DNA of 60,201 nt from assembly GCA_003056205.1 (NCBI GenBank), contig LSNS01000006.1, forward strand, positions 1 through 60,201. Reading direction: 5' to 3'. Positions 9,756 through 18,057 of the stretch are shown here, piece by piece. The DNA comes from Parcubacteria group bacterium M6-OD1-4. Its GTDB lineage: Bacteria; Patescibacteriota; Patescibacteriia; Patescibacteriales; UBA12465. A model generated the notes under the pieces. The model had not been told where the DNA came from. It made no database searches and saw nothing but the letters and a program-made list of their open reading frames with translations. The position numbers and the translations under genes were made by a program. The first letter of the stretch is position 1. Each line of letters starts with the position of its first letter.

Positions 9756-10057
9756 GTCCATGTTATAGTTGACACTATTAAAGTGTCTTATGAAAAAATA
9801 TAAAAGAAACTCCTGGGAAATTGATATTGGGCTAAAAATACCCTCAAAAAATGCTAATATAGACAGATTTAAAGAATTAATTAATAAATCTATCGATATT
9901 ATGCAAAATAAAGCAGAAATACCTTAGAAAACAGAATGAACGCCTAGCTAATTCTAGGAAGATAAAAAACAAGGATAAAATTGCCAAAATAATGGAACAA
10001 ATAGACTTAAAACTAGTCGGATCTTATAAATAAAAAGTGTCAATGATGTTCGTGGAC
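9756..10057 (+). mobile_element. Possible MITE/IS remnant with an interrupted ORF (9790-10033)
   Basis: Imperfect IRs gtccatgttatagttgacact and agtgtcaatgatgttcgtggac; internal frame broken by TAG at 9925. Confidence 0.3.
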
Positions 10058-10068
10058 TTGTACAGAGA

Positions 10069-11037
10069 TTAGAGACGAGAAATTAGGAGTGCTAATTCAG
10101 TTTTAATGTTCGTTCCTCCAGTTTTATTCAAAAAATCTAAATTTATTAATTGGTTTAAATAATCTTTTAAAATTTGGATATTAAAGTTTCTAGCCTGAGT
10201 AATCCCCTTTTTAATGATAAAAGGATGGAGTTTTAAAGCTGAAGCAATTTTAGTTAAATCCATTTTTTGATCTAAGGCGCTACGAATTTGTAATAAGATT
10301 TTAAATTGTCTAATCAGCATCGTCATTAAATACTCTTGACTGAGACCCGCCGCATATTGCTGTTCTAAAAGTTCAATAGCTAACTTTTTATCTCTGGCAC
10401 TTAGAGCGTCAGTGAGGGCAAAAATATTATCATCATTAATGCCAGTGACCATTTTTTTTACATCTTTAGCGAGAATGGTTTCTCCTTCAACATAGAAAGC
10501 CAATTTTTTAATAGAACTACTAATTACCCAGAGATCATTATTGGTTAAATTAATCAACAGAGAACTAGCGGTGCTACTTATTTTACGTTGGTAATTTTGG
10601 GCTTCTTTCTGGATAAAAACTAAGAGCTGTCTATTATTGAGGAGTGGGAATTCTTGAGAATAAGGTTGTTTTTTTAAAAAAGCCAATAATTTTTTAGTAG
10701 CTACTTTTCCGGTTTTATTTTTTTCAGTTAAATCACCATCATGGAAAATAATAATATTATTTTCATCAGCAGTAAATTTTTTTAGATAATTTGTTGAAGC
10801 ACTTAGTAACTGATCAGATTTATTCTGGAAAATATTTTTAATTATTACCAAACGTTTTTTTACAAATAATGATCCCGTGTTTATTTTTTCTCCTAAATCT
10901 TTCAGATTTATATTTTGGCCATCTAAAACACTTAGACTCAGGGCATTCGGGTCAATTTGTTTAATAAATTTATTTTTTAATTCTTGGAGAAAACGCTGAG
11001 AACGAAAAGTATCAGCACCTTGCAGGAAAATGATCAT
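10069..11037 (-). CDS. holA: DNA polymerase III delta subunit
   Basis: MIIFLQGADTF, SLFVKKRLVII, NIFALTDAL, LKLHPFIIKK pattern. Confidence 0.85.
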   Translation of the reverse strand: MIIFLQGADTFRSQRFLQELKNKFIKQIDPNALSLSVLDGQNINLKDLGEKINTGSLFVKKRLVIIKNIFQNKSDQLLSASTNYLKKFTADENNIIIFHDGDLTEKNKTGKVATKKLLAFLKKQPYSQEFPLLNNRQLLVFIQKEAQNYQRKISSTASSLLINLTNNDLWVISSSIKKLAFYVEGETILAKDVKKMVTGINDDNIFALTDALSARDKKLAIELLEQQYAAGLSQEYLMTMLIRQFKILLQIRSALDQKMDLTKIASALKLHPFIIKKGITQARNFNIQILKDYLNQLINLDFLNKTGGTNIKTELALLISRL

Positions 11038-13658
11038 AAATTTTTAATAGCTTTTTTAAATAAATTACCTTTTTCTTGAAAATTTTTAAATAAACTATAA
11101 CTTGGGGAGGCGGTTGATAATAAAACAACATGTCCAAGAGTGGTTTTCCGGGCAGCAAAAATCACGGCCTTCGTCATCTGCTTAGTTTCTAAAATATTAG
11201 GCAAAGGTTTAGTGCCGTAGATTTTTATTAATTCTTTTTTGATTTTTACTCCCGAGTCAGGAAAAAAGATAATATTAGCAATGTTTATTTTTTTTAATTT
11301 TTTAACCAATAGCTTAAAATTATAACCGCGGTCTTCACCCCCTAAAATAATAGTTTCTAATTTTTCTTGCAAATATTCAATTGCTACTAAAGTTGATTCG
11401 GGAGTTGTGGAAATTGCATCATCATAAAAATAGATACCATTTTTTGAGCTCACCAGTTCTAAGCGATGTTTTAAACCAGAAAAGTTTTTTGTCCCTTGCC
11501 ATAGTGCCGTCAGTGGAATTTTGAGAACTTTTAAAACCGTAGCAGCGGCGGTGATATTTTTTAAATTATGTTTTCCCAGTAATTTGATTTCTGCTAAAGG
11601 CATTAATATTTTATTTTCATAAAGAAAATTGTCTTTTTTAATGGACCATTTTTGAGAATAATCAATTTGCTGAGCTTGAGTTTTATTCGCTAATTTTTTA
11701 ATCAGCGAAAATTCACCATTATATATAAAATAATCTTGTGGTGTTTGCCAACGAGTGATATTTGCTTTCGCTTGATAATAATTTTGAAACCCAGCATGAT
11801 AGGGGAGATGATCTGGAAAAATATTTATTATAATTGCTAAGTGGGGACTGATTTTTAGATTTTCCAATTGGTAACTAGATAATTCGTAGACAAAATAATC
11901 TTTTTTAGTTGAACTATCCAAATATTTTAAGGGATTCTCCCCAATATTACCGATTAGATAGACTGTTTTTCCAGCTGCTTTCAAAGAGCGATAAATTAAG
12001 GTCGCGGTCGTACTTTTGCCTTTAGTGCCAGTCACACCAATAATTGTCCCCTGACAATTTTCTAGAAATATCTCTGTAATTGAAGTGAATCTAATGCCTT
12101 TTTGTTTGGCTAAGGCTATTTCTGGGATTTGCTGAGAAATTCCGGGACTCTTAATAATTAAATCAAAACTTTCTAAATTTTTTAAATAATTCTTCCCAGT
12201 TGAAACCAGACAATATTTATTGGGAGCTTTAATTTGTCGAGTATCGGCAATCCACACTTTAGTATGTGGATTTTTTTGACGCCAATAATTGAAGGCAAAG
12301 TGTCCTTCTTGTCCAAAACCTAAAAAAAGAGTTTTCTTAAATTGAGATGGTATAGCTTGCTCTTCGTTGGCAGATAATTCGGCGAGTAATAATTTTTCAC
12401 GTCCTTTGATTTTTGGTAAGATATTTTTTCGGAAATATTTGACGATATAAAACTTCTGCCAAGCAACATTTTTACTAAGCAACATTAAAGCCATTTGGGT
12501 CTCGGTGGGTGTCCCCACACAATCGAAGGGTTTAATTTTTTCTTCACCCCATAATTCTTGAAAAAGGGGTAATAATTTTTTATTATTTAATAAATTAGTA
12601 TTGAATATTTTTTTTAAAGCAGTTGGACTATTCCAAGCACTGAAAATAGCAAAAGAAAAAGCACATTTTGGACACTCTCCACACCAACGCTGAGAATGTT
12701 TCTGAGAATTTTTGTTATTAATTTTAAAGTTTTTATTACAGCTAGAAAAAGCAGAAAAATATTGAGTGTAACGAGAAAAATCATGAGCGATTTTCAATTC
12801 TGAATAAGGACGTAGTAAACTAAAGTATTCTAAATCAGGTGTTAGGAAATTATGTAAATAATTAGCAAAATCAGTTTCAAATTCAAAACTTTTACTATAT
12901 TGATGGTTTATTTCTTTACCTAAATATTTCACGTTGCCAAAATTTGCACTATGTTCATTAGAAAAAATAATATATTTATAATCACTTAAGATGGCGGCGA
13001 CCACACTAACCCAAGAATAGATTGCGGAAATTGGAATATGACCATTATTAGCACCTTTTTTATTTAAATCGAAAAGTTGAGGATCCATTTTTCGGCCGAT
13101 GATTAATCGCGGAGCACCAATTATTTTTGCAGTATCTTGTTGGACTTTACTATCCCGTAAACTAATTAGAGAAAAGGTCTGTCCTAGTTCTTTCAATTTT
13201 TCTGCACTTAGGCAAGAGTCTTTCCCGCCACCAATCGGTAATAAACAACGATCTTTAAATTTAATTCGGATTGGTTTTAGTGTTGAATTATCAATAGGGA
13301 ATTTTATTAAATTATGAAAATTTATTTTATGACGATAAAAAAATTCACCGAGTCCACGTTCATATAATTTATTCCAAAATTTTGCTTGCGTAGAATTTAA
13401 TTTTCCACTCTGAATTTCAATTTTTTTTGGACAATAAACTTTATAATAACCGACACCTAGAGCCAGGTGAAGATTAAATAAAGCGCGTTCTAATAGTCTA
13501 TTATTTAATTTCTTAGTATTAATTTGACAAGCAGAAAAATCTAAAGTTTCTTGGAAATTAATTTTGTTATCAAAAGAATAGTAAAAAGTAGCCTGCCCGG
13601 TTTTATGATTAAAGGCATAGCGTTGAAAGATAAAAATTTTTGCTTGATCTAATTTCAT
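11034..13658 (-). CDS. murL-murD: Fused MurL epimerase (UDP-MurNAc-L-Ala-L-Glu) + MurD2-type ligase
   Basis: N-half: GGGKDS, NGHIPISA, SNEHSA, NHQYSKS, WCGECPKC, KPFDCVG. C-half: GVTGTKGKST, YELSSYQL, HRLE, DDAISTTPES. Likely start ATG at 13658. Confidence 0.88.
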   Translation of the reverse strand: MKLDQAKIFIFQRYAFNHKTGQATFYYSFDNKINFQETLDFSACQINTKKLNNRLLERALFNLHLALGVGYYKVYCPKKIEIQSGKLNSTQAKFWNKLYERGLGEFFYRHKINFHNLIKFPIDNSTLKPIRIKFKDRCLLPIGGGKDSCLSAEKLKELGQTFSLISLRDSKVQQDTAKIIGAPRLIIGRKMDPQLFDLNKKGANNGHIPISAIYSWVSVVAAILSDYKYIIFSNEHSANFGNVKYLGKEINHQYSKSFEFETDFANYLHNFLTPDLEYFSLLRPYSELKIAHDFSRYTQYFSAFSSCNKNFKINNKNSQKHSQRWCGECPKCAFSFAIFSAWNSPTALKKIFNTNLLNNKKLLPLFQELWGEEKIKPFDCVGTPTETQMALMLLSKNVAWQKFYIVKYFRKNILPKIKGREKLLLAELSANEEQAIPSQFKKTLFLGFGQEGHFAFNYWRQKNPHTKVWIADTRQIKAPNKYCLVSTGKNYLKNLESFDLIIKSPGISQQIPEIALAKQKGIRFTSITEIFLENCQGTIIGVTGTKGKSTTATLIYRSLKAAGKTVYLIGNIGENPLKYLDSSTKKDYFVYELSSYQLENLKISPHLAIIINIFPDHLPYHAGFQNYYQAKANITRWQTPQDYFIYNGEFSLIKKLANKTQAQQIDYSQKWSIKKDNFLYENKILMPLAEIKLLGKHNLKNITAAATVLKVLKIPLTALWQGTKNFSGLKHRLELVSSKNGIYFYDDAISTTPESTLVAIEYLQEKLETIILGGEDRGYNFKLLVKKLKKINIANIIFFPDSGVKIKKELIKIYGTKPLPNILETKQMTKAVIFAARKTTLGHVVLLSTASPSYSLFKNFQEKGNLFKKAIKNL

Positions 13659-13660
13659 AA

Positions 13661-16435
13661 TTATTTTAATTCTCCCCAATTCTCTCCCACACTTTCATTG
13701 ACAATAATGGGAACTTTTAATTTTATAACATTTTCCATGATATTTTTAATACTTGGTAAATAAGTTTCTAGTTTATCTTTTTTGATTTCAAAAATCAACT
13801 CGTCGTGGACTTGGAGTAGCAGGCGAATTTCTTGGTGATGATTAGTAATGAGATTATTAATTTTAATCATGGCGAGTTTAATAATATCCGCTGCTGTTCC
13901 TTGAATAGGAGTATTGATTGCCATTCGTTCAGCGCTTTTTCGGACAAAGACTAAGGTGGAATTAATTTCTGGTAATAAGCGTTTTCGACCAAAAAGCGTT
14001 AAAACATATCCTTGTTGCTGAGCCTGGTGAATAGAATCCTCCATCATTTTTTTAATATTTGGATAAGAGATAAAATATTCTTTAATGAATTCTTGCGCTT
14101 GCCAGTAGGGAATATGAGCATTTTGACTAAGGCCGTGGACTCCTTGTCCATATAAAATACCAAAGTTTATTGCTTTTGCTTCTTGACGCATTTTGGGAGT
14201 CACCGCCCCTAAGGAAACATTATTAATTTCGGCGGCGGTTGTCTGGTGAATATCAATTCTATTTCGAAAAGACTGAATCATTTTTTTGTCTTGAGACATA
14301 TGAGCGGCTAAGCGTAATTCAATTTGAGAATAGTCAAAGCTTGCTAAATAGAATCCCTTTTCAGCAACAAATGCTCGACGAATTTCTTGTCCTTCTTCGG
14401 TTTTACTAGGAATATTTTGTAGGTTAGGATCGCTAGAAGAGAGACGACCCGTCGCCGTGATGGTTTGGTTAAAATTAGTATGAATCCTTTTAGTATGTGA
14501 ATTAATGAGCTGGGGGAGAGCAGTTAAATAAGTTGAAGACAGTTTCTTTAACTCCCGATAATTTTGTAGTAAAGGAATAATGGGATGACGCTCTCGTAAT
14601 TTTTCTAATTCTTTCTCGGCAGTTGAAAAACCAGTTTTAGTTTTTTTAATGTTTATAGTCGGAATGGCCATTTTTTCAAAAAGTATTTCTCGTAATTGTT
14701 TAGGAGAATTAATATTAAAATCTTGACCAGCTAATTGTTGAATATTTTTTTCCAAAATTGTTAATTTTTTTTCTACTTTTTTGTTTAAGCTTTTTAAGGG
14801 GGCGGTTTGTAATTTAATACCATTATTTTCCATTTCTCCTAAGACTCTTATTAGAGGAACTTCAATGTCGGTAAATAATTTCCAAAGCTTTTCTTTTTTC
14901 AACTTTTTCTCTAATATTTTTACCAGTCGATTAGTGAAATCAGCGTCCTCACTAGAATAAAGATTTAATTTCTCAGAATCTAAGCTAGCAAAATCTAAAC
15001 TTAATTGTTGTGCTGAACCTTGAGCTAAATCATTTTTGTTTATTTTTTCAAAACCGAGTTCGGTAAAAACAACGGAATCTAAATTGTGTTGTCGATTGCT
15101 CGGGTTTAAGAGATAAGAGGCGAGCATGGTATCAAAATAAATTCCTTGTAAATTTACGTTTTGATTTTTTAATTCTTTAAAATCAAATTTTAAATTATGC
15201 CCACATTTTTTTATTTTTTTATTTTCCAAAATTACTTTGAGTTTTTCTAAACGTTGGGGGGTAATTATAACAAAATAGGCTTCACCCTTTTTCCAAGAGA
15301 AACTTAGGCCGATTAACTTGGCACGGAGAGTGTCTAATCCCGAAGTTTCACTATCAACGGTAAAGATCTGTTGGCGAAGTAATTTTTTATAAAAAGAATT
15401 AAATTCTCGATCAGTATTGATTAATTGATAGTTAAATTTTCTTTTATTTCGCTTAAATTTATCTTCGGATTGAGGATTGCTTTTCTTTTCTTCAGGACTT
15501 TGATTTTCAATATTGTTTTTCCCCTGGTTTTTATTTAATTGATCACGTAAATTTTTAACTTTATTTAGTAGGGATTGAAATTCTAATTTACTAAACAAAC
15601 TAATAACTTTTTCCAACCTAAAATTGGAATATTTAGTATCTTCTAGAACGAATTTAATGGGTGCGGATAAATCAATAGTTGCTAATTGTTGGCTTAAATA
15701 AGCGTCAGATTGATATTTCTTCAATAAATCCAGAAGACGTTCACGAATTTTAGGACTCTTTGCCTTAACTGCTTGATAAACTCCATCTAAAGTTTGAAAA
15801 TTATTTAATAGTTCAATTGCTGTTTTTTCACCAATTCCTTTCACTCCTGGTAAATTATCGCTGGGATCGCCACGAAGAGCTTTATAATCAATAATTTGTT
15901 GCGGGCTGAGGTTGTAGCGCTTTTGAACTTGTTTAATATCATAGAGAATACTATCGGCTAAACCGCGACTCATGGTATAGACTTTTGTTTGTTCGTTTAC
16001 TAATTGCAAAGTGTCTAAGTCGCCAGTGATTATTATTTTTTCTAATTTCTTATTATTTTGAGTTTGTTGGCAAATAGTGCCAATTAAATCATCAGCTTCA
16101 AAACCACTCTGTTCAAAAATTGGAATATTAAAAGCGCTGGCAATTTCTTTAATCAACGGAATTTGTTCAAATAATTCTGGAGGTGTTTTAGCGCGAGTAG
16201 CTTTGTAATCGGTATAGGCCCGATGGCGGAAAGTTGGTCCTTTTCGATCTAAGGTTAAAACCACATAATCTGGATGAAATTCATTGAGGGCTTTTAATAA
16301 AAAGGAGGTAAAACCATAAACAGCATTAACTAATAAACCACTCTTGGTGCGAATTGTTGGTGGTAAAGCATGAAAACTGCGATAGATTAGAGCATAGCCA
16401 TCAATGATTATCAATTTGGGTTTAGTTTTAGACAT
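13661..16435 (-). CDS. polA: DNA polymerase I (5'-3' exonuclease, 3'-5' exonuclease-like, polymerase domains)
   Basis: GDPSDNLPGVKGIGEKTA, TGRLSSSDPNLQNIP, DYSQIELR, LQVHDEL. Confidence 0.97.
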   Translation of the reverse strand: MSKTKPKLIIIDGYALIYRSFHALPPTIRTKSGLLVNAVYGFTSFLLKALNEFHPDYVVLTLDRKGPTFRHRAYTDYKATRAKTPPELFEQIPLIKEIASAFNIPIFEQSGFEADDLIGTICQQTQNNKKLEKIIITGDLDTLQLVNEQTKVYTMSRGLADSILYDIKQVQKRYNLSPQQIIDYKALRGDPSDNLPGVKGIGEKTAIELLNNFQTLDGVYQAVKAKSPKIRERLLDLLKKYQSDAYLSQQLATIDLSAPIKFVLEDTKYSNFRLEKVISLFSKLEFQSLLNKVKNLRDQLNKNQGKNNIENQSPEEKKSNPQSEDKFKRNKRKFNYQLINTDREFNSFYKKLLRQQIFTVDSETSGLDTLRAKLIGLSFSWKKGEAYFVIITPQRLEKLKVILENKKIKKCGHNLKFDFKELKNQNVNLQGIYFDTMLASYLLNPSNRQHNLDSVVFTELGFEKINKNDLAQGSAQQLSLDFASLDSEKLNLYSSEDADFTNRLVKILEKKLKKEKLWKLFTDIEVPLIRVLGEMENNGIKLQTAPLKSLNKKVEKKLTILEKNIQQLAGQDFNINSPKQLREILFEKMAIPTINIKKTKTGFSTAEKELEKLRERHPIIPLLQNYRELKKLSSTYLTALPQLINSHTKRIHTNFNQTITATGRLSSSDPNLQNIPSKTEEGQEIRRAFVAEKGFYLASFDYSQIELRLAAHMSQDKKMIQSFRNRIDIHQTTAAEINNVSLGAVTPKMRQEAKAINFGILYGQGVHGLSQNAHIPYWQAQEFIKEYFISYPNIKKMMEDSIHQAQQQGYVLTLFGRKRLLPEINSTLVFVRKSAERMAINTPIQGTAADIIKLAMIKINNLITNHHQEIRLLLQVHDELIFEIKKDKLETYLPSIKNIMENVIKLKVPIIVNESVGENWGELK

Positions 16436-16560
16436 AAGTAAATTTTATCATTTTTAAGGCTGATGAGCAATTTGTTGGATAGATGTGTTTTGTTAGAATT
16501 TTGAAGTAATTAATTAGCCGACAACCTCTTGCTTTTAGGCAGAGGTCTTTTTATCTTCAT

Positions 16561-16602
16561 AAAAAGAAAAAAGCAATAGAATTGAATATTATTCTATTGC
16601 TT
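16561..16602 (-). terminator. Intrinsic terminator directly after the tRNA-like RNA
   Basis: 12-bp stem aagcaatagaat/attctattgctt followed on the minus strand by TTTTCTTTTT. Confidence 0.75.
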
Positions 16603-16702
16603 GGTACCAAGGGAAGGAGTCGAACCTTCGCGGAATCATTAGTTTACCGCATACCGCATTGTGTTTTACATTGCGATCACCACAATGTTTTTTTTCCTTG
16701 GC
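16602..16702 (-). ncRNA. tRNA-like small RNA (acceptor stem, T-arm and encoded CCA; no canonical anticodon arm)
   Basis: GCCAAGG...GAAGG-TTCGACT-CCTTC-CCTTGGT-A-CCA; has its own promoter and terminator. Confidence 0.7.
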
Positions 16703-16720
16703 GTTTGATGAACTATAAGT

Positions 16721-16749
16721 ATTATAACATTTTATGTTTTATCTGTCAA
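16721..16749 (-). promoter_or_regulatory. Consensus sigma70 promoter for the tRNA-like RNA
   Basis: TTGACA (16749-16744)-N17-TATAAT (16726-16721) with TG extension. Confidence 0.8.
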
Positions 16750-17037
16750 TGGTAAGTAGTGAAATTTTAGATGATTAGTTTCTTCTAAGATTTCAATCGT
16801 CGCTTTTACCGACGGATTATATGATGGTTTTAGATAGAAGTTATTTGCATATTCTTTTTGTAATGGTGATAAAAATTCATCCCCCCAAGAAGGTGAGAAA
16901 GTATTTACCCCCAAAAAATCAATAATAATTTTTTCAGTATTATTTTTAGGAAGTCGCGAACGTATTGCCGCTAAAGCTTCTTTTCCTAGTTGGCGAGATA
17001 TTAGCAAATCACCAAATTTTTTTAATTCAATTAACAT
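16732..17037 (-). CDS. STAS-like (DUF4325-type) protein
   Basis: LISRQLG...IIIDFLGVNTFSPSWGDEF pattern; follows the HATPase gene. Confidence 0.75.
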   Translation of the reverse strand: MLIELKKFGDLLISRQLGKEALAAIRSRLPKNNTEKIIIDFLGVNTFSPSWGDEFLSPLQKEYANNFYLKPSYNPSVKATIEILEETNHLKFHYLPLTDKT

Positions 17038-17047
17038 ATTTTGCAGT

Positions 17048-17806
17048 TTAAAAAGAAATTAATGCTAAACAACCCCTAAATTTGGTCGTACTGGGTCGTA
17101 CCTCTAATTTATTAGTAGTTTCATCTAAAATTAAATAAGCACTCCCAGATTGGAAATATAATTTTAAAGCTATATCCTTTTTAATATCTATAATTACTTT
17201 TTTGACATATTTGAGTCCATTTCCTCTATTCTCTGGCGCTCGTCCCGAGAGTTTTTCTGTAAAGGAAACTAATAAGGCTTCTTGGTCATTGGTTAACGTG
17301 GATCGCACCCTCTGCAAAGTCGTTAAAATGCCCTGTCCCCGATCAGCCAAAGCTATTTGTCGTTTATATAAATTATAAGCAAAAAATATTCCGCGAATAT
17401 CTGGCCAAGACCCTAAATTATGATCAAAAGAATTATTGCCAATTTCTCCAACAACAGAAGTTATTAAAGAAAAATCTTTTTTTAATTCAGGAATTTCTAA
17501 CATCATTTTTTCTAAATATTGGAGTCTGGTTTGAAAAGTTGGACTATCTAAACAAAAAAATTCATTTTTTAATCCACGATTATTTGTTAGATTAGAAATA
17601 GATTTTGAAACCCATTCTTCTGCCAAAGAAAAAATATTATTTCCGATTAATTGAATATCAGAGAGTTTATAATAACGATATCCGTCATGATTGAAGCGAA
17701 TTGCCCGAAGTCGGCCAGATTTATCCCAACGTCTCAAGGTTTGCATTGAAATATTAAGTATTCTCGCTGCTTCGCTGATTTTTATTAAGCCCTCATTATC
17801 TATCAT
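17048..17806 (-). CDS. MerR-type HTH fused to a HATPase_c (anti-sigma-kinase-like) domain
   Basis: ISEAARILNISMQTLRRWD...GYRYY; EIGNNSFDH, ADRGQGI, RGNGL boxes. Confidence 0.8.
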   Translation of the reverse strand: MIDNEGLIKISEAARILNISMQTLRRWDKSGRLRAIRFNHDGYRYYKLSDIQLIGNNIFSLAEEWVSKSISNLTNNRGLKNEFFCLDSPTFQTRLQYLEKMMLEIPELKKDFSLITSVVGEIGNNSFDHNLGSWPDIRGIFFAYNLYKRQIALADRGQGILTTLQRVRSTLTNDQEALLVSFTEKLSGRAPENRGNGLKYVKKVIIDIKKDIALKLYFQSGSAYLILDETTNKLEVRPSTTKFRGCLALISF

Positions 17807-18057
17807 GCTAATTTATAAATAGTATTAAATTATACAAAATTATACATTTTTATGTCAATATATACATTATAATCCTCTAAATAAAAATGTCAATACTTGT
17901 AACGGTGCTTATTATTATAAAAACCATTGTTCAAAGTGTAAAACTTTTTGTCCTCACGTCCCAAAAGTATTTACAAAAATTATAAAAAGTGTTATTATGT
18001 TTTCTGAATAGAATATTATTAAAATAATAAAATCATTAGATTGATTAATATTTTTAT

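Noticed and set aside
16460..16500. CTGATGA as a second hammerhead
   Set aside because: No stem II followed by GAAA and no matching stems I/III
16602..16702. tRNA-Sec, tRNA-Pyl or tmRNA piece
   Set aside because: 7/5 stem geometry, no UCA or CUA anticodon in a proper arm, and no G3:U70 or tag reading frame
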